51,403 bases of DNA from NCBI RefSeq assembly GCF_000002075.1, contig NW_004797397.1, positions 868,071-919,473 of the forward strand, in the 5' to 3' direction. The notes beneath the pieces are model-generated. The model worked only from the letters and a program-made list of their open reading frames with translations, ran no database searches and was not told where the DNA came from. Positions 8,313 through 22,188 of this stretch are shown here, in pieces. Position numbers and translations under genes: made by a program. Position 1 is the first letter of the stretch. Each line of letters begins with the position of its first letter. Source of the DNA: Aplysia californica (taxonomy: Eukaryota).

Positions 8313-11249
8313 GAAACACGGACCTTTGGTAGTCGCAACCTTTTTTCTTTCTATTAACTAATTTGATACTAATTTTTCTTTCCTACTAACAGTAATAGCA
8401 CAACCCAACACCGAGCTCTTTTAAATCTCGCTGACTTAATTTTAATTACAGTTTTGGTACCATTAAAAGCAATAACATATTTTTTTTAAAGATTAACCCG
8501 AACACTAACAAATTAAAAAAAAACCTTTTTAATTGACACTAGGTATAAAGTAACCAATATTAAGTAAATGTACTCCACAAACTAAAAAACACTAAATTAA
8601 ATACACTTCAAAAACTGATTAGGAAAAGAACACTGAGTAATCAAAACTAACTGTAACATATTAACTGATCAAGAATAATTATACAACACTAACTGGATTA
8701 CGCTAAGAAAGACCAGCTAGCCAATGCCAAAACACTAGCTAAGCATCATTACACCTTATCTAACAAAGTCAAGTTGTAAATTAAATATTACTAGATTTAA
8801 ATTTAAGGAAAAACAGACTAAAAAGTTATTCAGAAAAGAGCTTAAGTAATGAATACTAACTTTAACTTAACAATATTAACTAATCAGCAATAACTATAAA
8901 ACCATAACTGAATAACGCTAACTATGAAATACCAGCTGGCCAATTCTAAAACACTAGCTAACCATCATTACACCTCATTTAACAAACTCAAGTTGTAAAA
9001 CATTAGCTGTCTCCATCAACCACTGACAAACTGCGCCCACTACTAACTTATCAATGCCAACAATTAAAGAACACATATTAACCGCTGATAAACCAAAATC
9101 AACCTCTAACTACCCACCATTAACCATTTTAACAACCATTTTAATTACTAACTTACCAACACTAACCACTAACTAACCAACCCTAACAACTAATTAACTA
9201 ACACTAACTCCCCCAGACGTGAGCGCTCGGTAGCGCCGTCTTTTTAATCAGGCCTCAGTGTACTGTGTACTCTGTGACGGTCCCAAGCCCGTGAAAACTG
9301 AGAGGGAAAAGACGAGTTCTGTGATGAAGAGAACTGTAGCAATGTGGACAAATTAAAAATGCGCCTATGAAAATAAACATTGTTCCCCCTTTGCCCTCTG
9401 CGAAATATAACCCTAAATACTGAGCATACAAGTGCTTCAACTCTTTTTTGACATACTACTACTAAAAAACACTAAATTAAATACACTTCAAAAACTGAAA
9501 GGAAAAGAACACTGAGTAATCAAAACTAACTGTAACATATTAACTTTTTCAATTTCCAGTTTTACAAATTTGCCCTCATTTTCTTGATCTTTTCAGCTCA
9601 TTGTTACTTTTATAACAACAATAAATAATTTTAAAAATAAAGAAGACATGCCTTCTAAACAAAAGTAAAGAGACTACGATAAACAACATTGAGCTGTTTC
9701 AGCTTGGGCTGGAGGGTTTACAACAGGTCTTTCGATTTCTTTGTTTGATTCAAAATGTAGCAACCTTATTCGTGTGTCATATCGCTGAGCATTACCAGAA
9801 TGTTCTTAGAGTAAATCTAGTATTCTCTGCCGACACAGCCAGTATGTATGTGTGTCTGTATGTGTGTTTGTTTGTTTGTTTGCTGTATATCCAGAATCCA
9901 GACCATTTTGGACACAACTGAAATCGCGCCGGGGAAAAACAGAGTCATTTTCAGTAACTCCACAGATAAAATGTCTTGTAAAAGGCGTTACTCACTACAA
10001 GATCAGAAGCCCTCACCTCTGCGAACTCTTCCCTTTGCCCTCCTCCCCTCCCATCCCATTTCATCAAACCCCTACATTCCCCAAAGGGCACCTTTCCACC
10101 CATTCCCCTCCACCCACACTTCTTCTATATGCTTCTACATTCCATTCTCTTCGAATACGTTTTGTTTACTGAGACTTTTAAAAAAACCTTTAAAAAACCC
10201 ACCAAAAGAACCAACAACCAAGAGCAACAAAAACGAACACACAAACATAAACAAACGTGATCAGTGTCCCCATACCCCGTGACCTGAGAAAGAGAAGAAA
10301 ACAAGGAAGAAATTCCCCAGTAGTCCGTCAGGAAAACCGAACAATGACCAATCCCAACACTCTCAGTTCAGTCGCCTGTCTCCCCTCGACACCTCTCATT
10401 TCCCCACCCCGCACCCCTCCACCCTCTCCCCCCCTTCCAATCCGTTCTCTGTTCTTCATTACTCCAACCCCTCCCATCCCTCACCTGTTTTTAATATTTG
10501 AATTATTTTTTTTAAAACAAAACAAACCCAACGTGGTCAGTCTCCCCATTGATCTGAGAGTGAGAAGAAAACAAGGATTATCAAAGAAAGATGAACACAG
10601 TTAACATTTCTTTGTCGAAGGCCAGAGAACCCAAACAATGGCCAATCATAACACTCTCAGTTCAGTCGCTCGTCTTGGGATCTTACAATGGGTGAATAAA
10701 AGGCGTGGCTTAAGATATGAGGGCCGTCCTATTCCACGTTTGTAGCCACTCGTGATTTAACTTACTGTGTCAAAAAAATGTCATTAAAGGCACATGGGTT
10801 ATTTCTGCCAACGAAGTACAGGATGTAGTTACTTTTACAATGTGTCCCCGTGGTTTTATGCACTTCGCATAATTTAGCCAAATTTGATCATTTTTTTGCG
10901 TAATTTCTAATTTTTTTCCCTTTTTTGCTCTTTGTATAAATTAACAGAATCGCATAATTTCACATTTTTGGGTTCAGTTTGCATAATTACACATTTTTTC
11001 TTTCATAAAAAGACGGGGCAGTACAAAGTATATGAAATGTGTTTTGAAAAGTGAAGCATTAATAAATATATTTTTACTTTAATTTTTTTAATTCCTATTA
11101 TGAGGTATTGGGAGTGGGGGGGGGGGGGGGGCTATGTGGTGGTTAGGTTTCTCTAACTAACCACGTTGTCACAAGGCTTTATTTACAACAAAAAAATAGT
11201 ACAATTCTGTTCCCGATCTTCCTTCAGCATCTATTCCCGCGAAGAAGCA

Positions 11250-13562
11250 AGTGAGAAAGGCTGGTCACTGTGTGTCGGTCTTCTTTTGGAGAACAAGCCT
11301 TTGATGTCTACTGGTCACTATTGGGTGACCGCCCTTTGATGACTTCTGGCCATTGCAGCGTCGTCTTTGATGTAGACAATGGAAGCCACGTAAAAGCAAT
11401 GTGGGGGGGGGGGGGGTGAATCTTTGTTGATGTTATTGAAGACAAAAAAAAAACACTCTTAGATAATACGGTGGAAACAAGTAATAAAACCACGACATAA
11501 TATTGTCAGCCCAATAATATCATCTAAACATTATTGTTTTCTAAAAGCACCGATTAAAAGAACACACAAAATGAAAGCAGGTACAAGCCTTTGGGACAAA
11601 GAAAGTACAGTGGGCCCCGCTCACATGTTGCTCCATTAAGCTTTTTCAAATTTGTCAAAATAATTTATTTGTGGTATAAATATTGTTAGAAGGAAAATAA
11701 AATTGACATGAGCTTTCTTTAACTGTGAGCTTGTGAGAGTGGCTGGTCAGTGTGTGTCCGCCTTCTTTTGGGAAACCGCCCTTTGATCTCTGCTCGTCAT
11801 TGTTAGGTGACCGCCCTTTGATGTCTACTGGTCATTTGCCAATGTTGAGTGACCGTCCTTTGATGTCTAGTGGTCACTGTGGTGATGTCTCTGGTGTAGG
11901 CAATTAAAGCCGTGTCAAAACGTGCCAACGGTCACAAACATTAATTTTCTGTTTTATTTACATAATAAAATTTAACACGTTATCTTTTGATAGTATTTAT
12001 TACGTTATCCAATATTTAGCCTTCATTCAAGTTTACTAACGTCATTTTACAAACATCAGTATGTCTGTTTCTATTAAGGGTTTATTTATTTAAATCATTG
12101 CCATGAGGCCTCGTTTACTACTAAATACTATACTACTTTGGTTCACGTACTTGCTTCAGCATCCATTCCGGCGAAGAAGCAGGTGAGAAAGGCTGGTCAC
12201 TGTGTGTCGGTCTTCTTTGGGGAAGCCGCTCTTTGACATGTGCTAGTCGAGGCTGGGTGACCGCCCTTTGGTGTCTGGTAGTTGTTATTGTGTGACTCCA
12301 CTTTGATGTCTACTGGTCACAGTTGGGTGACCACCGTTTACTGACAGGTGGTCACAGACGGATAACCGCCCTTAGTTTCTGATGGTCATTGTTGAGTGAC
12401 TGCCTTTTAATATCTGCTGATCTCTACCGGGTGACTGTCCTTTGATGACTGGTGGTCTCTACTAGGTGACTGCCTTTGTTGTCTGGGGGGGGGGGGGGTC
12501 AATGTTGGATAACCTCCCTTTGATGCCTACTGGTCATAGCGGCGGAGTCTGTGATGTAGACAATTGATGCCGTGTCAAAGCAAGAGCCGACAATCATTAT
12601 TGATGTTTATGACAACATCCCCCTTCTCCCACCCCCAAATAAATATTTTGTTTTAAAATGAAAGAAAACAGAAAAAAAGACAAAAACAAACCAAAAACAA
12701 ACAAAACAAAAACAGCAAAACAAACCCCCCCCCCCCCCCCACTGAATATACACTAGTAAAAAATTAAATATGGAGGTTCATACTATTCTCAACTAATTCA
12801 CCCGTCAAAGAGCTGTCTAACTTATTAAAATTTACTTATCGTGTTTACATATAACTATTTTTATGAGTAAAGTAAAGTAAAGTTGTTCCCGAATCCGATC
12901 TGGACATTGGAGATTGCCATGTTAGTGAGACAACTTACAAGAATTTCGGCCTTTTCTATGAGAACCGATTGAAAACAAAGAAAAACAAAACAAATAGAAA
13001 ACAAATCAAAGAAGGAAAGACTTGACTGAGAGCATTTTACTTTGAGGGAAAAAAGGTTGCTTGTTCATACTTTTTCAAATTTGTCAAAATAATTCTTCTT
13101 TTTTTTCGACATATCGTTTGCAGGAAAACGTGACAAGAGTTATCTTTAACTCTGTTGCACTTTGTACATCATCTGTGAGCTTGTGAGAGTGGCTGGTCAG
13201 TGTGTGTCGGCCTTCTTTGGGGAAGCCGCCCTTTGATGTCAGACGGTCATTGTTGGATCACCGCCCTTTGATGTCTGATGGTCATTCTTGAGTAACTACC
13301 CTTTGATGTCTACGGGTCGGTTTTGGGTGACCCTCTTTGATGTTTGATGTTCCATGTTGGGTGACTGCCCTTTCATGTCTGAAGGTCATTGTAGAGTTAC
13401 CGCCCTTTGAATTCTGATGGTCCTTGTTGGGTGACCGCCCTTTGATGTCTGATGGTCATTGTTGGGTGACCGCCCTTTGATGTCCGATGGTCAATGCAGC
13501 CGGCGTCTGTGATGTGAACAATGGAAGCTATGTCAAAGCAAGGACCGACAATCGGTGTCGGT
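11250..13562 (+). promoter_or_regulatory. Four modules of 35-bp repeats upstream of copy 3 (~11250-11400, 11725-11925, 12180-12595, 13173-13562)
   Basis: Each module is a shared leader, then 3 to ~10 degenerate 35-bp units, then a shared trailer. About 16 same-strand CTTTGA(T/A) cores by hand count. TATA at 13609. Confidence 0.65.
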
Positions 13563-13728
13563 GATTTTGAAGACAAATACCCCTCTTTAGGGGGACGCTT
13601 GACTCCACTATAAAAGTGAAGGGGTCTGGACATTCCTTCAGTTCAGCATATCGCTCTCGCAGTGACAGGTTGGATACGTCTTGTATTTTCCTCTACAGAA
13701 TTTCTCGACAACTCGGCAGATATCTAGC

Positions 13729-15272
13729 ATGGCTACTCTCACGTTTCCCGATGTCACCGTCATTCGTGATGGAGACTTTCTGAACAATTTCAACTTGAAG
13801 TTTGTGCGTGTCCTTGCCAAGAAGAAGAATTCGCTAGTTTTGGAAGCTTCCATGAAGAACGACGACTCCATTCGTAAGGCAATCAAGAAGATCCCTTACC
13901 TGGACAGTAAAGGACGACATCGAGGTCTCGAGGACAGCACCGAGGAGTTGACCATCATGCACAACGTTCAGCACCCGCACCTCATGAAGATGGACTGGGT
14001 GGTCACGTGTGACCACTTCCTGGCTATCTATATGCCCCTGTGTTCTCAGGGATCTTTGGATGGATTGCGTCAGTCGCTCCAATGGGACCAAGTGGAACGG
14101 GTTTTCGTACAAACCGCCTGTGCCCTGAGATATCTCCACGACCAGCGCTGTGTACACGGGGACGTGAAGCCAGACAACATCTTCCTAGACGCCTCCGGCA
14201 ACGCCATCCTCGGAGACTTTGGTTGTTCTCAGATCTTACCTGATGGAGAAAACACCGTGAGTCGCTGGAGAGGAACTCTGGGATACCATGGACCTGAGTT
14301 TTTCCTTGGTTACAAATTCGACCCTTTTCTGGTAAGTTTTTCTTCTTTATTTTTTACGTTTCAGCCTTGATTTGTTGTGGTCATTACACAGGTTAGACGT
14401 GCGTTTTTAGCACACAGAAAGGTATCTGCTGTTTGTGTTTATTCTGCCAAAGAAATATTATTACTTTTATGTCTACGCTTTCACCCTTTTGTCTAATTCA
14501 TCGGTATTAGGGTGTCATCACTTTTATTACACAATCTATCTATATTATTTGTAGCATGATATCGTTATCAATTGCTTCAATTTTTATGATGTTTGATATT
14601 AATGTAACGTGATTCCGATGTCTAATGTTCCGGTCATTTGTTTTCTTTTTTTTCAGATGGACGCATACGCACTGGGAGCCACGCTGTGGTCTCTGGTTTT
14701 CACACTCAAACCAGCAGACCTGGATCTACTGGACGTTGTGAGGAATTCTTCTCTGCCCGAAATGTTCAGGTAAGACAGCTATAATATGTCATGATATACT
14801 GATATATCGTGTTTAGAACGCAGTAGAATGGTTTCCACCATAGACGTTTTCGTTGTATGCTTTGATGTGAAAGTATAAATTGTATTGAAACGTTGATGAA
14901 GTTCTGTGTGGATACGGGGCTTAAATAAACTAAAACATTTTTATATCTTTGACAGCATTTTTTTCATATAACTGAAGACTTTTATGTTTCAATTATTATA
15001 CATTACTAATACCATCTTGCATCGCTTGGTATCCAGTTATATATCATGTTATGTGTCATCTTTGAAGCATTTTAAACGCATGTTATCATTTCTTTTTACT
15101 AATATTTAATTTGCTAAAACTTTTCTAACCTCAATCTGTGTTTGTTTTCCTCCACAGAGAAGTTCTAAAAGGACTTTTGCGCGGAGATCCTCAGAAGCGA
15201 CTGTCTGTTCCCGGCCTCTTGGAGTTCTTGTCTACTCGTGAGAAGCTCAGGGGAATTATGGAGGGTTTGTGA
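13729..15272 (+). CDS. Divergent Ser/Thr protein kinase, copy 3 (exons 13729-14331, 14657-14769, 15158-15272)
   Basis: Intact. Substitutions S>H (exon 1, CDHF), R>T and F>S (exon 2). Confidence 0.92.
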
Positions 15273-18132
15273 GAAACACGGACCTTTGGTAGTCGCAACC
15301 TTTTTTCTTTCTATTAACTAATTTGATACTAATTTTTCTTTCCTACTAACAGTAATAGCACAACCCAACACCGAGCTCTTTTAAATCTCGCTGACTTAAT
15401 TTTAATTACAGTTTTGGTACCATTAAAAGCAATAACATATTTTTTTAAAAGATTAACCCGAACACTAACGAATTAAAAAAAAAACCCTTTTTAATTGACA
15501 CTAGGTATAAAGTAACCAATATTAAGTAAATGTACTCCACAAACTAAAAAACACTAAATTAAATACACTTCAAAAACTGAAAGGAAAAGAACACTGAGTA
15601 ATCAAAACTAACTGTAACATATTAACTGATCAAGAATAATTATACAACACTAACTGGATAACGCTAAGAAAGACCAGCTAGCCAATGCTAAAACACTAGC
15701 TAAGCATCATTACACCTTATCTAACAAACTCAAGTTGTAAATTAAATATTACTAGATTTAAATTTAAGGAAAAACAGACTAAAAAGTTATTCAGAAAAGA
15801 GCTTAAGTAATGAATACTAACTTTAACTTAACAATATTAACTAATCAGCAATAACTATAAAACCATAACTGAATAACGCTAACTATGAAATACCAGCTGG
15901 CCAATTCTAAAACACTAGCTAACCATCATTACACCTCATTTAACAAACTCAAGTTGTAAAACATTAGCTGTCTCCATCAACCACTGACAAACTGCGCCCA
16001 CTACTAACTTATCAATGCCAACAATTAAAGAACACATATTAACCGCTGATAAACCAAAATCAACCTCTAACTACCCACCATTAACCATTTTAACAACCAT
16101 TTTAATTACTAACTTACCAACACTAACCACTAACTAACCAACCCTAACAACTAATTAACTAACACTAACTCCCCCAGACGTGAGCGCTCGGTAGCGCCGT
16201 CTTTTTAATCAGGCCTCAGTGTACTGTGTACTCTGTGACGGTCCCAAGCCCGTGAAAACTGAGAGGGAAAAGACGAGTTCTGTGATGAAGAGAACTGTAG
16301 CAATGTGGACAAATTAAAAATGCGCCTATGAAATAAACATTGTTCCCCCTTTGCCCTCTGCGAAATATAACCCTAAATACTGAGCATACAAGTGCTTCAA
16401 CTCTTTTTTGACATACTACTCTCCTTTTTCAATTTCCAGTTTTACAAATTTGCCCTCATTTTCTTGATCTTTTCAGCTCATTGTTACTTTTATAACAACA
16501 ATAAATAATTTTAAAAATAAAGAAGACATGCCTTCTAAACAAAAGTAAAGAGACTACGATAAACAACATTGAGCTGTTTCAGCTTGGGCTGGAGGGTTTA
16601 CAACAGGTCTTTCGATTTCTTTGTTTGATTCAAAATGTAGCAACCTTATTCGTGTGTCATATCGCTGAGCATTACCAGAATGTTCTTAGAGTAAATCTAG
16701 TATTCTCTGCCGACACAGCCAGTATGTATGTGTGTCTGTATGTGTGTTTGTTTGTTTGTTTGCTGTATATCCAGAATCCAGACCATTTTGGACACAACTG
16801 AAATCGCGCCGGGGAAAAACAGAGTCATTTTCAGTAACTCCACAGATAAAATGTCTTGTAAAAGGCGTTACTCACTACAAGATCAGAAGCCCTCACCTCT
16901 GCGAACTCTTCCCTTTGCCCTCCTCCCCTCCCCTCCCATTTCATCAAACCCCTACATTCCCCAAAGGGCACCTTTCCACCCATTCCCCTCCACCCACACT
17001 TCTTCTATATGCTTCTACATTCCATTCTCTTCGAATACGTTTTGTTTACTGAGACTTTTAAAAAAACCTTTAAAAAACCCACCAAAAGAACCAACAACCA
17101 AGAGCAACAAAAACGAACACACAAACATAAACAAACGTGATCAGTCTCCCCATACCCCGTGACCTGAGAAAGAGAAGAAAACAAGGAAGAAATTCCCCAG
17201 TAGTCCGTCAGGAAAACCGAACAATGACCAATCCCAACACTCTCAGTTCAGTCGCCTGTCTCCCCTCGACACCTCTCATTTCCCCACCCCGCACCCCTCC
17301 ACCCTCTCCCCCCTTCCAATCCGTTCTCTGTTCTTCATTACTCCAACCCCTCCCATCCCTCACCTGTTTTTAATATTTGAATTATTTTTTTTTAAACAAA
17401 ACAAACCCAACGTGGTCAGTCTCCCCATTGATCTGAGAGTGAGAAGAAAACAAGGATTATCAAAGAAAGATGAACACAGTTAACATTTCTTTGTCGAAGG
17501 CCAGAGAACCCAAACAATGGCCAATCATAACACTCTCAGTTCAGTCGCTCGTCTTGGGATCTTACAATGGGTGAATAAAAGGCGTGGCTTAAGATATGAG
17601 GGCCGTCCTATTCCACGTTTGTAGCCACTCGTGATTTAACTTACTGTGTCAAAAAAATGTCATTAAAGGCACATGGGTTATTTCTGCCAACGAAGTACAG
17701 GATGTAGTTACTTTTACAATCTGTCCCCGTGGTTTTATGCACTTCGCATAATTTAGCCAAATTTGATCATTTTTTTGCGTAATTTCTAATTTTTCCCCCT
17801 TTTTTGCTCTTTGTATAAATTAACAGAATCGCATAATTTCACATTTTTGGGTTCAGTTTGCATAATTACACATTTTTTCTTTCATAAAAAGACGGGGCAG
17901 TACAATGTATATGAAATGTGTTTTGAAAAGTGAAGCATTAATAAATATATTTTTACTTTAATTTTTTTAATTCCTATTATGAGGTATTGGGAGTTTGGGG
18001 GGGGGGGGGGGGGGCTATGTGGTGGTTAGGTTTCTCTAACTAACCACGTTGTCACAAGGCTTTATTTACAACAAAAAAATAGTACAATTCTGTTCCCGAT
18101 CTTCCTTCAGCATCTATTCCCGCGAAGAAGCA

Positions 18133-20474
18133 AGTGAGAAAGGCTGGTCACTGTGTGTCGGTCTTCTTTTGGAGAACAAGCCTTTGATGTCTACTGGTCA
18201 CTATTGGGTGACCGCCCTTTGATGACTTCTGGCCATTGCAGCGTCGTCTTTGATGTAGACAATGGAAGCCACGTAAAAGCAATGTGGGGGGGGGGGGGTG
18301 AATCTTTGTTGATGTTATTGAAGACAAAAAAACAAACACTCTTAGATAATACGGTGGAAACAAGTAATAAAACCACGACATAATATTGTCAGCCCAATAA
18401 TATCATCTAAACATTATTGTTTTCTAAAAGCACCGATTAAAAGAACACACAAAATGAAAGCAGGTACAAGCCTTTGGGACAAAGAAAGTACAGTGGGCCC
18501 CGCTCACATGTTGCTCCATTAAGCTTTTTCAAATTTGTCAAAATAATTTATTTGTGGTATAAATATTGTTAGAAGGAAAATAAAATTGACATGAGCTTTC
18601 TTTAACTGTGAGCTTGTGAGAGTGGCTGGTCAGTGTGTGTCCGCATTCTTTTGGGAAACCGCCCTTTGATCTCTGCTCGTCATTGTTAGGTGACCGCCCT
18701 TTGATGTCTACTGGTCATTTGCCAATGTTGAGTGACCGTCCTTTGATGTCTAGTGGTCACTGTGGTGATGTCTCTGGTGTAGGCAATTAAAGCCGTGTCA
18801 AAACGTGCCAACGGTCACAAACATTAATTTTCTGTTTTATTTACATAATAAAATTTAACACGTTATCTTTTGATAGTATTTATTACGTTATCCAATATTT
18901 AGCCTTCATTCAAGTTTACTAACGTCATTTTACAAACATCAGTATGTCTGTTTCTATTAAGGGTACATTTATTTAAATCATTGTCATGAGGCCTCGTTTA
19001 CTACTAAATACTATACTACTTTGGTTCACGTACTTGCTTCAGCATCCATTCCGGCGAAGAAGCAGGTGAGAAAGGCTGGTCACTGTGTGTCGGTCTTCTT
19101 TGGGGAAGCCGCTCTTTGACATGTGCTAGTCGAGGCTGGCTGGGTGACCGCCCTTTGGTGTCTGGTAGTTGTTATTGTGTGACTCCACTTTGATGTCTAC
19201 TGGTCACAGTTGGGTGACCACCGTTTACTGACAGGTGGTCACAGACGGATAACCGCCCTTAGTTTCTGATGGTCATTGTTGAGTGACTGCCTTTTAATAT
19301 CTGCTGATCTCTACCGGGTGACTGTCCTTTGATGACTGGTGGTCTCTACTAGGTGACTGCCTTTGTTGTCTGGGGGGGGGGTCAATGTTGGATAACCTCC
19401 CTTTGATGCCTACTGGTCATAGCGGCGGAGTCTGTGATGTAGACAATTGATGCCGTGTCAAAGCAAGAGCCGACAATCATTATTGATGTTTATGACAACA
19501 TCCCCCTTCTCCCACCCCCAAATAAATATTTTGTTTTAAAATGAAAGAAAACAGAAAAAATGACAAAAACAAACCAAAAACAAACAAAACAAAAACAGCA
19601 AAACAACCCCCCCCCCCACTGAATATACACTAGTAAAAAATTAAATATGGAGGTTCATACTATTCTCAACTAATTCACCCGTCAAAGAGCTGTCTAACTT
19701 ATTAAAATTTACTTACCGTGTTTACATATAACTATTTTTATGAGTAAAGTAAAGTAAAGTTGTTCCCGAATCCGATCTGGACATTGGAGATTGCCATGTT
19801 AGTGAGACAACTTACAAGAATTTCGGCCTTTTCTATGAGAACCGATTGAAAACAAAGAAAAACAAAACAAATAGAAAACAAATCAAAGAAGGAAAGACTT
19901 GACTGAGAGCATTTTACTTTGAGGGAAAAAAGGTTGCTTGTTCATACTTTTTCAAATTTGTCAAAATAATTCTTCTTTTTTTTCGACATATCGTTTGCAG
20001 GAAAACGTGACAAGAGTTATCTTTAACTCTGTTGCACTTTGTACATCATCTGTGAGCTTGTGAGAGTGGCTGGTCAGTGTGTGTCGGCCTTCTTTGGGGA
20101 AGCCGCCCTTTGATGTCAGACGGTCATTGTTGGATCACCGCCCTTTGATGTCTGATGGTCATTCTTGAGTAACTACCCTTTGATGTCTACGGGTCGGTTT
20201 TGGGTGACCCTCTTTGATGTTTGATGTTCCATGTTGGGTGACCGCCCTTTCATGTCTGAAGGTCATTGTAGAGTTACCGCCCTTTGAATTCTGATGGTCC
20301 TTGTTGGGTGACCGCCCTTTGATGTCTGATGGTCATTGTTGGGTGACCGCCCTTTGATGTCTGATGGTCATTGTTGGGTGACCGCCCTTTGATGTCCGAT
20401 GGTCAATGCAGCCGGCGTCTGTGATGTGAACAATGGAAGCTATGTCAAAGCAAGGACCGACAATCGGTGTCGGT
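18133..20474 (+). promoter_or_regulatory. Four modules of 35-bp repeats upstream of copy 4
   Basis: Homologous to 11250-13562. The proximal module has one extra unit. TATA at 20521. Confidence 0.65.
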
Positions 20475-20640
20475 GATTTTGAAGACAAATACCCCTCTTT
20501 AGGGGGACGCTTGACTCCACTATAAAAGTGAAGGGGTCTGGACATTCCTTCAGTTCAGCATATCGCTCTCGCAGTGACAGGTTGGATACGTCTTGTATTT
20601 TCCTCTACAGAATTTCTCGACAACTCGGCAGATATCTAGC

Positions 20641-22188
20641 ATGGCTACTCTCACGTTTCCCGATGTCACCGTCATTCGTGATGGAGACTTTCTGAACAAT
20701 TTCAACTTGAAGTTTGTGCGTGTCCTTGCCAAGAAGAAGAATTCGCTAGTTTTGGAAGCTTCCATGAAGAACGACGACTCCATTCGTAAGGCAATCAAGA
20801 AGATCCCTTACCTGGACAGTAAAGGACGACATCGAGGTCTCGAGGACAGCACCGAGGAGTTGACCATCATGCACAACGTTCAGCACCCGCACCTCATGAA
20901 GATGGACTGGGTGGTCACGTGTGACAGCTTCCTGGCTATCTATATGCCCCTGTGTTCTCAGGGATCTTTGGATGGATTGCGTCAGTCGCTCCAATGGGAC
21001 CAAGTGGAACGGGTTTTCGTACAAACCGCCTGTGCCCTGAGATATCTCCACGACCAGCGCTGTGTACACGGGGACGTGAAGCCAGACAACATCTTCCTAG
21101 ACGCCTCCGGCAACGCCATCCTCGGAGACTTTGGTTGTTCTCAGATCTTACCTGATGGAGAAAACACCGTGAGTCGCTGGAGAGGAACTCTGGGATACCA
21201 TGGACCTGAGTTTTTCCTTGGTTACAAATTCGACCCTTTTCTGGTAAGTTTTTCTTCTTTATTTTTTACGTTTCAGCCTTGATTTGTTGTGGTCATTACA
21301 CAGGTTAGACGTGCGTTTTTAGCACACAGAAAGGTATCTGCTGTTTGTGTTTATTCTGCCAAAGAAATATTATTACTTTTATGTCTACGCTTTCACCCTT
21401 TTGTCTAATTCATCGGTATTAGGGTGTCATCACTTTTATTACACAATCTATCTATATTATTTGTAGCATGATATCGTTATCAATTGCTTCAATTTTTATG
21501 ATGTTTGATATTAATGTAACGTGATTCCGATGTCTAATGTTCCGGTCATTTGTTTTCTTTTTTTTCAGATGGACGCATACGCACTGGGAGCCACGCTGTG
21601 GTCTTTGGTTTTCAGACTCAAACCAGCAGACCTGGATCTACTGGACGTTGTGAGGAATTTTTCTCTGCCCGAAATGTTCAGGTAAGACAGCTATAATACT
21701 GTCATGGTTTACTGAATTGTATTATATATCAGAACGCAGTAGAATGGTTTCCACCATAGACGTTTTCGTTGTATGCTTTGATGTGAAAGTATAAATTGTA
21801 TTGAAACGTTGATGAAGTTCTGTGTGGATACGGGGCTTAAATAAACTAAAACATTTTTATATCTTTGACAGCATTTTTTTCATATAACTGAAGACTTTTA
21901 TGTTTCAATTATTATACATTACTAATACCATCTTGCATCGCTTGGTATCCAGTTATATATCATGTTATGTGTCATCTTTGAAGCATTTTAAACGCATGTT
22001 ATCATTTCTTTTTACTAATATTTAATTTGTTAAAACTTTTCTAACCTCAATCTGTATTTGTTTTCCTCCACAGAGAAGTTCTGAAAGGACTTTTGCGCGG
22101 AGATCCTCAGAAGCGACTGTCTGTTCCCGGCCTCTTGGAGTTCTTGTCTACTCGTGAGAAGCTCAGGGGAATTATGGAGGGTTTGTGA
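20641..22188 (+). CDS. Divergent Ser/Thr protein kinase, copy 4 (exons 20641-21243, 21569-21681, 22074-22188)
   Basis: Frame and splice sites intact; HGDVKPDN. Confidence 0.92.
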
